Shown here: positions 1 to 11,865 of the stretch, piece after piece
Layout: each line of letters opens with the position of its first letter
Position numbering within the stretch: position 1 is the first letter of the stretch
Source of the DNA: Mobula hypostoma
Taxonomy: Eukaryota
Direction: 5' to 3'
Assembly (NCBI RefSeq): GCF_963921235.1
Contig: NC_086108.1
Span: forward strand, 103,108,001 to 103,172,000
DNA: 64,000 bases
The notes under the pieces: model-generated
Database searches by the model: none
Seen by the model: the letters and a program-made list of their open reading frames with translations, nothing else
Told to the model about the DNA's origin: nothing
Translations under genes and position numbers: made by a program

Positions 1-585
1 ATTAAAATCGGAGGATTGCTGGGCGGTGCCACTCAAAGGGCCAGAAGGACCTATTCCGTGCTGTATCTCAATGAAAAAAAAATCCTATTATACGTGGCTC
101 GAGTGAGGAAAGATGTACAGGTGTTTGCCAAAGAGGGAGTGTGGTAAAGGCTCAACATCATATGGATTATTGAATTTATAGGGCCATCAAACAAAGAGAG
201 CCGAGAAGAACGAGCGATACAAGAGACAATAGAATCAGAATCTGACATGAAATCTGCTGTTTGCCGTGGCTGGAATCTGGAGCAATAAATGATGCTCTGG
301 AGGAACTCAGCACCTGACAGGACCCTGATGCAGGGTATCATTTCAAAATATTAACAATCCCTTTCTCCAACACAGCTATTGTTTGAACCATTAAAGATTT
401 AAAGATTAAAAAGATTAGCTTTATTTGTCACATGTACATCAAAACATTGAAACGTAGAGTGACATGTGGTCTTTGCGTCAATTACCAACACAGTCCAAGG
501 ATGTGCAGGGAGTAGCCCTTAAGTGTCACACATCAAAGCTGCTGGTGAACGCAGCAGGCCAGGCAGCATCTCTAGGAAGGGGTAC

Positions 586-621
586 AGTCCATGTTTCAGG
601 CCAAGACCCTTCGTCAGGACT
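586..621 (-). ncRNA. Minimal type I hammerhead ribozyme motif, degenerate cleavage site
   Basis: Minus strand AGTC-CTGACGA-AGGGTCTTGGCCT-GAAACATG-GACT; G at the position equivalent to C17. Confidence 0.6.
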
Positions 622-1434
622 AACTGAAAGAAGAGCTAGTAAGAGATTTGAAAGTGGGAGGGGGAGGGGGAGATCCAAAATGATAGGAGAAGACAGGAGG
701 GGGAGGGATGGAGCCAAGAGCTGGACAGGTGATTGGCAAAAGGGATATGAGAGGATCATGGGACGGGAGGCCCAGGGAGAAGGAAAAGGGGAAGGGGGGA
801 AGCCCAGAGGATGGGCAAGGGGTATAGTCGGAGACACAGAGGGAGAAAAAGGAGAGTGAAAGAAAGAATGTGTGTATATAAATAAATAACGGATGGGGTA
901 CGAGGGGGAGGTGGGGCATTAGCAGAAGCTAGTGAAGTCAATGTTCATGCCATCAGGTTGGAGGCTACCCAGACGGAATATAAGGTGTTGTTCCTCCAAC
1001 CACTGGGTCACACATTTTAATTCCACATCCCATTCCCATTCTGATATGTCTATCCATGGCCTCCTCTACTGTAAAGATGAAGCCACACTCAGGTTGGAGG
1101 AACAACGCCTTATATTCCGTCTGGGTTGCCTCCAACCTGATGGTATGAACATCGACTTCTCTAACTTCCGCTAATGCCCCACCTCCCCCTCGTACCCCAT
1201 TCGTTATTTATTTATATACACACATTCTTTCTCTCACTCTCCTTTTTCTCCCTCTATCCCTCTGACTATACCCCTTGCCCACCCTCTGGGTTCCCCTCTC
1301 CTCCCCCTTTTCCTTCTCCCTGGGCCTCCTGTCCCATGATCCTCTCGTATCCCTTTTGCCAATCACCTGTCCAGCTCTTGGCTCCATCCCTCCCCCTCCC
1401 ACTTTCAAATCTCTTACTAGCTTTTCCTTCAGTT

Positions 1435-1470
1435 AGCCCTGACGAAGGGTCTCGGCCTGAAACGTCAACT
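1435..1470 (+). ncRNA. Minimal type I hammerhead ribozyme motif, weakened stem I
   Basis: AGCC-CTGACGA-AGGGTCTCGGCCT-GAAACGTC-AACT; core intact, one stem I mismatch. Confidence 0.65.
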
Positions 1471-1850
1471 GCACCTCTTCCTAGAGATGCTGCCTGGCCT
1501 GCTGCGTTCACCAGCAACTTTGATGTGTGTCGCTGAATTTCCAGCATCTGCAGAATTCCTCGTGTGTGAGCCCTTAAGTGTCACCACGCTTCCAGAGCCA
1601 ACATAGCTTGCCCACAAACTTACAAGCCTTGACCCTTACATCTTTTGGGAAGTGAGAGAAAACCGAAGCACCCAGAGACCACAGGAGGAACAAATAAACT
1701 CCTTACAGACAGCAGTGGGAACTGAGCCCGATCGTAATCACTGGCATTGTAAAGCACTGCGCTAACCACTACACTATTATGCCGCCCTATTGTGCTACTG
1801 TGCCATTACATTCCTCAGATTCAGATTCCTTTATTTATCACATGTCCATC

Positions 1851-2260
1851 AATTTACTTATTTATGTCCTATTACGCCACCAGCATTTAGGGCAGCAATG
1901 AGGGCACCCCATCTCTGTCTGTCAGTGTTAAGGGTTTCCTCTTTGTTTTCACTACTGTCAGCCATGCAAGTCCCAGGTGGAGACTCAGGAATACCATCAC
2001 ACTCAGATGGAGGATTCTTCATTGCTGTTTCCGTAACAATTTAGTTTTATCAGTAAGGGTGTTCGCCCTAAGCTGAATCCCCAAACCTGGAGGACTGGTG
2101 GATCAATGTTAGTCTAGCCTCTACCCTTTCACCTGTTTGACATGAGTGACCCTACCAAGAGGCAAAACATAAAGTCCTGACTCCAGCCAGCGTAGCTCTC
2201 TAGATCACTGAGGCACACAAGCCTCCAAACCACGATGAGGTTGTGGTCCTCTTGGATGAT
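1851..2260 (-). mobile_element. Non-autonomous RTE-related element
   Basis: Shares the TGACCCTAC...CTCCAG..AGC.TAGCTCT...CACAAGCCTC block with 59270-59335. Non-coding; interrupts the repeat at 1817-2870. Confidence 0.5.
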
Positions 2261-2326
2261 GTAAAGTACATCTAATTTACAGTGAAATATGCCATTTGCA
2301 TTAACAACCAACACAACCTAAGGTGT

Positions 2327-2461
2327 AAACAACAGGAATTCTGCAGATGCTGGAAATTCAAGCAACATACATCAAAGTTGCTGGTGAACGCAGCAGGCCA
2401 AGCAGCATCTATAGGAAGAGGCGCAGTCGACGTTTCAGGCCGAGACCCTTCGTCAGGACTC
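2327..2461 (-). mobile_element. 135-bp 5'-truncated Penelope-like element with 11-bp TSD
   Basis: Matches the PLE 3' terminus. ACCTAAGGTGT is duplicated at 2316-2326 and 2462-2472. Confidence 0.9.
2425..2460 (-). ncRNA. Minimal type I hammerhead ribozyme motif, intact
   Basis: Minus strand AGTC-CTGACGA-AGGGTCTCGGCCT-GAAACGTC-GACT: stem I AGTC/GACT, CUGANGA and GAAA boxes, GUC triplet, palindromic ACGT. Confidence 0.8.
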
Positions 2462-2874
2462 ACCTAAGGTGTGTTTGGTGCAGCCCGCAAGTGTCACCAC
2501 ATATTCCTACGCCAGCATAGCATGTCCACCATGTCTGCACAACACCCAAGCAACAGAACAATAATAGTAAAGCCCCTTTTCTACCACTCATCCATGTGTA
2601 ATCACACAGACGGTCCTCTAGCCCCAGGACAGGCCATCTCTGGGCCTCCAGTGGACCTCTGGACCCACAGACATTGGGTCTTCGACTTTTCCAGTAGACT
2701 TGCTGACCCATGGCTCTGGCTATTGGGTCTCGGCTTCCAGACTCCCTATCAACCTTTGGGCATTGATTGTCAGTATTGACCCCAGCACTTGCCGATAACG
2801 ACAGATGAGGACCCCAAACTCCAGTCTCGCCGACTTGCATACCCAGAAGTTCACCAAAACTGGGCACACCATTG

Positions 2875-3220
2875 GAAGGATAAGAAATAATCTAATTGAA
2901 ACGCACAAAATTCTCAGAGAGCTTGGCAAGGTAGATACGGAGATGATAACTCCCCTCACTGGGATGTCTAGAATGAGGGAATCAAAAATAAAAGGTCAGC
3001 TGTAGAGGACAGAGATAAGAAGAAATTCCTTCACCCAGAGGACAATGATCCTCTCATTCCAAATCTTCTCAGAAGAAAGATTAATCGATTTTTAGATATT
3101 TTAGAAATTGAAGGAGTTGTGTTTAGTGCAGGAAAATGACACTGAGGTAAGAGATCAGTCATAATCCAAATGAATCAGCAAGAGGGATAAAATGGCGAAT
3201 TTCTGCTTTTATTTCTTAAC
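2875..3220 (+). mobile_element. Decayed CR1/HER1 LINE 3' fragment
   Basis: NLIETHKILRELGKVD motif matches the CR1 ORF2 C-terminus, followed by a CR1-type 3' UTR. Confidence 0.65.
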
Positions 3221-4254
3221 TTAAGGAGCACTTTTCTGTGGGGAGATGGCAAATTCTAGAGGATCTATTAAACCAAAGCTCTAGATGATCGTAAAAGTCC
3301 TTTTGCACAATTTAGAAAAGAGACACCGGAATCATTTCCAGTGCTTTATCCCTTTATCAAGAGCACCAAATTAAATTGCAGCTCATGGTCAGAACACTGT
3401 CTGTGGCAGCAAAGAGCACACAAACTGCATATATCATTTGCTCTGGAAACCTTTGGGATGACCAGGAGCCAGGAAAGAGACCATTTAATTGCATTCCCCC
3501 ACCACCCCTCCTTCTTCACTGATATCATTTTTTTACAGCGGTATTTTATTTTCAAATCAAATTCTCAAACCCTCCTGGCAGGATTTGAATTTATGTCCTA
3601 CTGATCGATAATCCAGCAACAAGGCCCCTACACAACTGTGCCCTGACATGTCCTTTTGAACTTCTCTACTCTTGAAAGTGTTTACTTTATTGGGTTAGCA
3701 CCCTAGAGATGATGCATTGAGTGGATACAATACATTACAGTAATAGCTGCTCTTGGCTCCTATCCCCTATAATTAAATCATTCCACATTAAAGACCTTCA
3801 TGTGGTATTTCCTTTGCTCTGTGAAGACAATTACTTCAGCTACTCCCTGAAGGCCAAGTGACGTCATCAAGTTACTTAACAGGATATAAGTATTCAGACT
3901 CCTAAAAATCTAATTCCTCCTCCATTCTTTCTGATCGGACATCAGCCTCCGACTGTAAGTCCACCGGGGTGTTGGAGGCCAACATCTGAGTACGTGAGTC
4001 CAGTGGAGCCTTTCCTGGCATCCCAGCCTGTCCCAGGGTTGGAGGACTGTCTGTGTGTATGAGCAGATGGGAGGGTGGGAGGAAAGGGGTTTGTTTTGCT
4101 GTTGTCATTCTGCTCAATAATGTGGGCACTCTATGCTGGAACTGGAATGTGTGGTGACACTTGCAGGCTGCCCCCCAGCATACCCTTGGGTTATATTGGT
4201 TGTGAACGCAAACAACGCATTTCACTGTATGCTTCAATATCTTGGTGATAAATA

Positions 4255-7200
4255 ATTTGAATTGAATTGACTTTATTTCTTGCGTTCTTCACATACATAA
4301 GGAGTAAAAATCTTTATGTTATGTCTCCGTCTAAATGTGCATATGTGCAATTTATAGTAATTTGTAATAAATAGTATGTACAACAGGACAGTAAATATAA
4401 CATAGAAATACAATTGCATCAGTGTGAATTAATCAGTCTGATGGCCTGCTGGAAGAAGCTGTCCCGGAGCCTGTTGGTCCTGGCTTTTATGCTGTGGTAC
4501 CGTTCCCCGGATGACAGCAGCTAGAACAGTTTGTGGTTGGGGTTACAGGTTTCCCCAGCCATCCGAAGGTAGAGCGTTCCTATGAAATGGTTCATAAGCC
4601 GTAATGTCGAAAAGCGAAGAAGCAATTACCATTTATTTGTTTGGGAAAAATTTGCGAGTGTTCGCAGACCTAAAAATAACCGACCAAATCATGCCAAATA
4701 ACACATAAAACCTAAAATAACAGTAACATATAGTAAAAGCAGGAATGATATGATAAATACACAGCTTATATAAAGTAGAAATACTTTTCCACAATCATTA
4801 CTGAACTGTTCTCCATAGCGAAAATCTCACGCAAGCGCTTTCGGCAGAAAATCTCGCGCAAGCGCTCTCGGCAGAAACACAGGGCAAGCGCTCTCCAGTA
4901 ACCTTTAAGCTATGAAGCTGCCAAATCATACCAAATAACATGTAAAAACACACAGCCAACATAAAGTAGAAATAATGTATGTACAGTGTAGTATCACTTA
5001 CCGGAATTGGGACAGCTTGCCGAGCACACTGATTGATGATGGTGTGTTAGACTGAGTCGTCACAGGTTGGGTGGTGCAGTGGCCCCCACCCTCCAGGCCG
5101 CCGACAGATACCGAACCGCGAAGCACGCAGGGATCCAGCGGTAGCCGGGAGGCATCCAGCACATCTTTAAGAAAAAAGTCGAAATAAACCTGCTAATTAA
5201 TTACCTGGGGGGCGGCACATAATTAATTAGCATGTTTATTTCGGCTTTTTTCTTAAAGATGTGCTGTGTGCCTCCCAGCTACTGCTGCATTCTCCGCGAA
5301 TCGGTACAGTATCTGTCCGGGACCCGGGTGTTGGGGTGGTGGGACATGGGAGTGTCATCTCATTGTCGATCAGGGCAGGCAGCTCATCTTCTCCTATGAC
5401 TGCCTGCCTCGATGTCGAAGGTCGAGGTTCATCGTCTGCTGTGGCTGATGCGGAAGGCTTACTTGACTGCTGAGCCTCGCGCATTTTTCTATCATACAGT
5501 TCTTTATAAGGAAGGACTCAAACCATCCTGCAAATATCCCCTAAACCTATGTACCCTTTCAAAATTAAAGTCGTACTTTACCATTGCGGTGAAAATCTCA
5601 TGCAGTCACTTTCAGTCCATTCACTACTGCATTCAGTTTCGATTGTTATCCTTTCCTCTTCTAATTGCATCAGCTCTTCATCTATCAGTTCTTGGTCATG
5701 GGATGCCAAAACCTCTTCAACATCATGTTCGTCAGCTTCCACAAGCCAAACTCACTTTGTCCTTACTTCATTCACCATGATCAAAACGCTTAATTATGTC
5801 TAGTTTTACACTAAGTGTAACACCCTTACGAGCTCTTTCAGGCTTTTCCGATACCTTAGAACTCACCTTGCAAACGGCTGCTCACAGGCACGTGTTTAAG
5901 CAACGCCAGTGAGAATGCAGTTCCGAATTCGGGGAGAGCGGCCGCTCGGGGCGTGCAGCGCGCTGCCTTTTATCGCGTGCTGATTTTCCCCGCGCGCGCT
6001 TTTCTTTTCATAACAGTGAAAACACCTTCTGAAAGCAAAACCAGGGTACTAATGTAGGTCTTTCGTAACAGTGAGGTTCCGTAAAGTGAACATTCGAAAA
6101 GCGGGGGACACCTGTACTTGGGTCCCCAGTGATCCTTCAGGCCCTTTTTATGCACCTGTCTCTGTAAATCTCCTGAAACATAAGAAGTTCACATCTACAG
6201 ATGCGCTGGGCTGTTCACACCACTCTCTGCAGAGTCCTGCAATTGAGGGAAGTACAGTTCCCATACCAGGCAGTGGTGCATCCAGTCAGGATGCTCTCAA
6301 TTGTGCCCCTGTAGAAAGTCCTTAGGATTTGGGGACTCATGCCAAACTTCTTCAACTGCCTGAGGTGAAAGAGGCATTGCTGCATTTTTTTTTAACCATA
6401 CAGCCAGTATGTACAGACCACATGAGATCCTTGGTTATGTGTATGCCGAGGAACTTAAAGCTGTTCACCCTCTCAACCCCAGATCCATTGATATCAATAG
6501 GGGCTAGCTTATTTCCATTCCTCCTGTACTCCACAACCAGCTCCTTTGTTTTTGTGACATTGAGGGAGAGGTTGTTCTCTTGACGTCACTGTGTCAGAGT
6601 GATGACTTCCTCTCTGTAGGCTACCTCATTATTATCTGAGATAAGGCCAATCAATGTAGTATCGTCAGCAAATTTAATTAGCAGATTGGAACTGTGAGTG
6701 GCGACACAGTCATGGGTATACAGACAGTAAAGGAGGGGGCTTAGGACACAGCCCTGAGGGGCTCTTGTGTTGAGAGTCAGAGGGTTGGAGGCGAGGGAAC
6801 CCACTCTTACGACCTGCCAGCGATCTGACAGGAAGTCCAGGATCCAGCTGCACAAGGCAGGGTGAAGGTCAAGGTCTCTGAACTTCTTGTCAAGCCTGGA
6901 GGGAATTATGGTGTTGAATGCTGAACTGTAATCCAAGTACAGCATTCTCACATAAGCATCCTTCTTCTCCAGATGTGCAAGGGCGGTGTGTAGAGCAGTG
7001 GCTATTGCTTCATCTGTCGATCAGTTGTGTCGGTAGGTGAATTGTAGGGGGTCCAATGTGGGTGGCAGCATGCTGCAGATGTGGTCCTTGACCAGCCTCT
7101 CAAAGCATTTGCTTATTATTGAGGTGAGTGTGACAAGACACCAGTCGTTCAGACACATTACCTTGGTCTTTTTAGGTACAGGGACAATGGTGGCTGCTTT

Positions 7201-7635
7201 GAAACAGGAGGGCACTCTACACTAGGAATGGGAGATTAAAAATGTCTGTAAGCACACCTGCCAGTTGTGCCACGCACATCCTGAGTACCATCCTGCGATG
7301 CCGTCCGGTCCCGCAGCCTTGAGACTGTCCACTCGTTGGAAACACCCGCGTACCTCAGCCTCAGAGATGACCAAGCTGCAGGTCACTTCGGTGGCTCCCC
7401 CTGGGAGCTCAGTGTTGGCAATACTGAACCGAGCGTAAAAAAAGATTTAGCTCATCTGGGAGAGAGGCAGCGATGTTGCCAGCACATTGCAATGGTGTGC
7501 AGACCTTGCAGTAAGCTGTGTGCGTTGGTGGAGAGTTGTGTCTGGGTCTTGTCCCTGTATTGTCATTTTGCTGCCTTGATGATTTTGCGTAGATCGTAGC
7601 CGCATTTCTTGAGTTCCTGTTGGTTACCGGCAACA
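4255..7635 (-). mobile_element. Rex1/Babar-type LINE, 5'-truncated and disrupted, interrupted by Tigger at 4546-6114
   Basis: Minus-strand ORF pieces [12 protein letters not shown]...LDPLQF, RMLYLDYSSAFNTI, APQGCVLSP, IKFADD, FKFLGIHI; (CAATT)n tail near 4255-4270. Confidence 0.9.
4546..6114 (-). mobile_element. Non-autonomous Tigger/pogo DNA transposon (copy 1)
   Basis: TA TSD at 4544-4545 and 6115-6116. Imperfect TIRs CAGGTTTCCCCAGC / CAGGTGTCCCCCGC. Minus-strand transposase remnants (VTLSVKLDIIKRFDHGE; EDDVEEVLASHDQELI). Confidence 0.85.
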
Positions 7636-7786
7636 TAAGCTCTGTCTCGCAAGGTTAGTGCAATAAATGAACCTGAATTGCATTCTTTAGTGAGTTATCA
7701 TCTTTTCTTACCATGCTGATGATTAGGAAAACAGATATGACTGAAGGTTGTTCAACTTCTTTCTGCATTTTACTGATCATATAGGA

Positions 7787-8971
7787 CAGCGGTCCTCAAC
7801 TACCAGGCCGCAAAGCATGCGCTACTGGGCCGCAAGGAAACAACATGATTTGGCAATACGAGTCAGCTGCACCTTTCCTCATTCCCTGTCACGCCCACTG
7901 TGGAGCTTGAACGCACACGAGGTCATTACCCGCGCGTCATCTGTGTCAGCGCGGGAAGATCAACTCCTCGAGCTTGCAAATGACGGCCGGCTGAAAAGTA
8001 TGTTTGACATAACACCTCTGCCGGCATTCTGGATCAAAGTCAAGGCTAAATATCCTGGGATAGCCACGAAAGCACTGAAAACGTTGCTTTCATTTCCAAC
8101 ATATCTCTGCAATGAATGCAACGAAAACTAAATTGCGGAATAGACTGGACATAAGGAACCAGCGAGTATCACTGTCTCCCATCACTCCTCGATGTTGCAG
8201 GGAAACAAATCGAGGGCTCCCACTGATTCAGCGATATTGGTGTGTTGCAATGATTTTATGTGTTCATACGGGAAAAATATGTGCTGTGTGTTTAATATCC
8301 AAACGTTACTTAAAATGTTATGATGCTATTGACTGATAAGTGACATATAACCATATAACAATTACAGCACGGAAACAGGCCATCTCTGCCCTTCTAGTCC
8401 GTGCCGAACGCTGCACTCAACTAGTCCCACCGACCTGCACTCGGCCCATAACCCTCCATTCCTTTCCTGTTCATATACCTACCCAATTTTTCTTTAAATG
8501 ATAATATTGAACCTGCCTCTACCACTTCTACTGGAAGTTCGTTCAACATTTACTTCAAGCTCCCTTGTCCTCCCCTGATAATTGACTTATCACTATATTC
8601 ATGCGAGGAAAATATGCGTTGTGCGTTTAACATTAAATTCGTTAGATAAACCCTTTTAGGAACGAAATTGAGTGTATTAGCCACTTATCACCTATATTCC
8701 GGTCATGATTAACCTCCACCCCCCCCCGAACAGAATCGCCAAAAACGATTTGTAGAAAAAAATCGGCACGTACACGCATGCGCACTGGTGCCCGAGCAAG
8801 GCTTCATGGTCATTATAGTCTTTTTCAGAGTAAACCCAACATATTTGACTGCTACTCTTGGCCGTTGGCAACCCTACCCCCCCACCCCCCCACCCCCCCG
8901 GGTCAGCCGGTCTGCAAGAATATTGTCAATATTAAACTGGTCTGCAGTGCAAAAAAGGTTGGGGACCCCTG
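7787..8971 (+). mobile_element. hAT (Buster/Charlie-type) internally deleted transposon
   Basis: Ends CAGCGGTCCTCAAC...GTTGGGGACCCCTG; 8-bp TSD ATATAGGA/ATATGGGA with central TA; transposase C-terminal remnant FWIKVKAKYPGIATKALKTLLSFPTYLC...TKLRNRLDI. Confidence 0.9.
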
Positions 8972-9011
8972 ATATGGGAAGATGAAACCTCTCCCTGTAT
9001 GCTTTCATTCC

Positions 9012-9262
9012 ATAAGACTATAAGATATAGGAACTAAATTAGGCCACTTGGCCCATCGAGTCTGCTTCAACATTTTATCGTGGCTGATCCAGTTCCCTAT
9101 CAGTCCCAATCTCTTGCCTTCTCCCCATAACCAATCAAGAATCTATCAATCTCTGCCTTCAATATACCCAACAACTTGGCCTCCACAGCCTCCTGCAGCA
9201 ACAGATTCCACAGCTTCACCACACTCTGACTAAAGAAACTCATCTCCATTCTAAATGGACAC
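9012..9262 (-). mobile_element. CR1/HER1 LINE 3' fragment
   Basis: Minus ORF ...FFSQSVVKLWNLL...FKAEIDRFL-like motif plus (CTTAT)-type tail. Confidence 0.75.
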
Positions 9263-10259
9263 TGTTGGAATGTTGGGAGAATGAGGGGTGACCATATAGA
9301 CATGTTTAAAACTACAAGCAGCACAGATAAATTAGATGGTAACAGTCTTTTCCCCAGGTTGGGGAAGTCCACACCTAGGAGACATAGGTTTAAGAAGGGT
9401 GGGAGGCAGCAGAAAGGAAACTATAGACGTGTTAGCCTGACATCAGTGGTTGGGAAGTTGTTGGAATCAATTGTTAGGGATGAGATTACGGAGTATCTGG
9501 AGGCACATAACAAGATAGGTCAAAGCCAGCATGGTTTTTTGAAAGAACTAACTTACTGCAATTTTTTGAGGAAATTACAAGCAGGGTAGACAAAGGAGAT
9601 GCAGTAGATATGGTGTACTTGGATTTTCAGAAGGCCTTTGACAAGGTGCCACATATGAGGCTGCTTAGCAAGATAAGAGCCCATGGAATTACAGGGAAGT
9701 TACGAGCATGGGTGGAGCATTGGCTTATCGCCAGAAAACAGAGACTGGGAATAAAGGGATCCTATTCTGGCTGGCTGCTTGTTACCACTGGAGTTCCACA
9801 GGGATCGGTGTTGGGACCGCTGCTTTTTACGATGTACGTCAATGATTTGGACTATGGGATTAATGGATTTGTGGCTAAATTTGCTGATGATACAAAGATA
9901 GGTGGAGGAGCGAGTAGTGTTGAGGAAACAGAGAGCCTGCAGAGAGACTTAGATAGTTTAGGGGAATGGCAAAGTAGTGGCAAATGTAAAACAATGTTGG
10001 AAAGTGTATGGTGGTGCACTTTGGTGCAAGAAATAAACGGGCAGACTATTATTCAGATGGGGAGAGAATTCAAAATGCAGAAATGCAAAGGGACTTGGGA
10101 GTCCTTGTGCAGGATACCCTAAAGGTTAACCTCCAGGTGGAGTCGGTGGTGAAGAAGGCAAATGCAATGTTGGCATTCACTTCTAGAGGTATAGAATATA
10201 AGAACAAGGATGTGATGTTGAGGCTCTATAAGGCACTCGTGAGACCAGACTTGGAGTAT

Positions 10260-11865
10260 GTGTAGCTATGGGCACCCATATGGGTCCTAGCTATGCCTGC
10301 CTTTTTGTTGGCTTTGTGGAACAATCTATGTTCCGTGCCTATTCTGGTATCTGTCCCCCATTTTTCCTTTGCTACATCGACGACTGCATTGGCGCTGCTT
10401 CCTGCACGCATGCTGAGCTCGTTGACTTTATTAACTTTGCCTCCAACTTTCACCCTGCCCTCAAGTTTACTTGGTCCATTTCCGACACGGCCCTCCCCTT
10501 TCTAGATCTTTCTGTCTCTGTCTCTGGAGACAGCTTATCCACTGATATCTACTATAAGCCTACTGACTCTCACAGCTACCTGGACTATTCCTCTTCTCAC
10601 CCTGTCTCTTGCAAAAATGCCATCCCCTTCTCACAATTCCTCCGTCTCCGTCGCATCTGCTCTCAGGATGAGGCTTTTCATTCCAGGACGAGGGAGATGT
10701 CCTCCTTTTTTAAAGAAAGGGGCTTCCATTCCTCCACTATCAATTCTGCTCTCAAACGCATCTCCCCCATTTCACGCACATCTGCTCTCACTTCATCCTC
10801 CCGCCACCACACTAGGAATAGGGTTCCCCCGGTCCTCACCTACCACCCCACCAGCCTCCGGGTCCAACATATTATTCTCCGTAACTTCCGCCACCTCCAA
10901 CGGGATCCCACCACTAAGCACATCTTTCCCTCCCCCTGCCCTGCTTTCTGCAGGGATCGCTCCCTACGCGACTCCCTTGTCCATTCATCCCCCCCCCATC
11001 CCTCCCCACTGATCTCCCTCCTGGCACTTATCCTTGTAAGCGGAACAAGTGCTACACATGCCCTTACACTTCCTCCCTTACCACCATTCAGGGTCCCAGA
11101 CAGTCCTTCCAGGTGAGGCGACACTTCACCTGTGAGTCAGCTGGGGTGATATACTGCGTCCGGTACTCCCGATGTGGCCTTCTATATATTGGCAAGACCC
11201 GACGCAGACTGGGAGATCGCTTTGCTGAACACCTATGCTCTGTCCACCAGAGAAAGCAGGATCTCCCAGTGGCCACACATTTTAATTCCACATCCCATTC
11301 CCATTCTGACATGTCTTTTCACGGCCTCCTCTACTGTAAAGATGAAGCCACACTCAGGTTGGAGGAACAACACCTTATATTCCGTCTGGGTAGCCTCCAA
11401 CCTGATGGCATGAACATTGACTTCTCTAACTTCCGCTAATGCCCCAACTCCCCCTCGTACCCCATCCGTTATTTATTTTTATACACACATTCTTTCTCTC
11501 TCTCTCCTTTTTCTCCCTCTGTCCCTCTGACTATACCCCTTGCCCATCCTCTGTTCTCCCTCCCCCCCTTGTCTTTCTCCCCGGACCTCCTGTCCCATCA
11601 TCCTCTCATATCCCCTTTGCCAATCACCTGTCCAGGTCTTGGCTCCATCCCTCCCCCTCCTGTCTTCTCCTATCATTTTGGATCTCCCCCTCCTCCTCCC
11701 ACTTTCAAATCTCTTACTAGCTCTTCCTTCAGTTAGTCCTGACGAAGGGTCTCAGCCTGAAACGTCGACTGTACCTCTTCCTAGAGATGCTGCCTGGCCT
11801 GCTGCGTTCATCAGCAACTTTGATGTGTGTTGCTTGAATTTCCAGCATCTGCAGTATTCCTGTTG
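10260..11865 (+). mobile_element. Penelope-like retroelement, 5'-truncated (RT C-terminal half, GIY-YIG endonuclease, 3' repeat)
   Basis: MGTHMGPSYACLF...YIDD RT motifs; VIYCVRYSRCGLLYIGKTRRRLGDRFAEH GIY-YIG motif; frameshift in the poly-C tract near 10990-11010; TSD TTGGAGTAT at 10251-10259 and 11866-11874. Confidence 0.93.
11735..11770 (+). ncRNA. Minimal type I hammerhead ribozyme motif, intact
   Basis: AGTC-CTGACGA-AGGGTCTCAGCCT-GAAACGTC-GACT downstream of the PLE ORF stop. Confidence 0.8.

Larger units (their letters stand above)
530..1568. mobile_element. Penelope-like element 3' region in head-to-head inverted arrangement (minus arm ~530-1001, plus arm ~1006-1568)
   Basis: Both arms match the 3' end of the PLE at 10260-11865 (GIY-YIG C-terminus ...LQPDGMNIDFSNFR plus 3' repeat). 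Flanked by the direct repeat AGCCCTTAAGTGTCAC at 514-529 and 1569-1584. Confidence 0.9.
411..1788 (-). mobile_element. tRNA-derived SINE (V-SINE/HE1-like head), split by a PLE insertion at 530-1568
   Basis: Reverse complement of the same head (GTAGTGGTTAGCGC...GCTGTCTGTAAGGAGTTT) and tail (CATGTGACAAATAAAGCTAATCT) seen at 12980-13270 and 48605-48855. The sequence resumes in register after 1568. Confidence 0.75.
1817..2870 (-). repeat. Non-autonomous repeat sharing its 3' tail with the SINE family; hosts two nested insertions
   Basis: CAGTGAAAT...AACAACCAACAC...GCAGCCCGCAAGTGTCACCAC block recurs at ~3900-4255 (+), ~19575-19905 (-) and ~49060-49400 (+). Confidence 0.55.

Noticed and set aside
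464..1547. Overlapping Pro/Leu-rich and Gly/Arg-rich ORFs, repeated at 11439-11917 and 28043-28540
   Set aside because: Translations of the pyrimidine/purine-biased PLE 3' repeat; they recur only because the repeat recurs.
10268..11439. RT plus GIY-YIG pair as a retron-like or new two-gene system
   Set aside because: It is one frameshifted, 5'-truncated PLE ORF flanked by a TSD.
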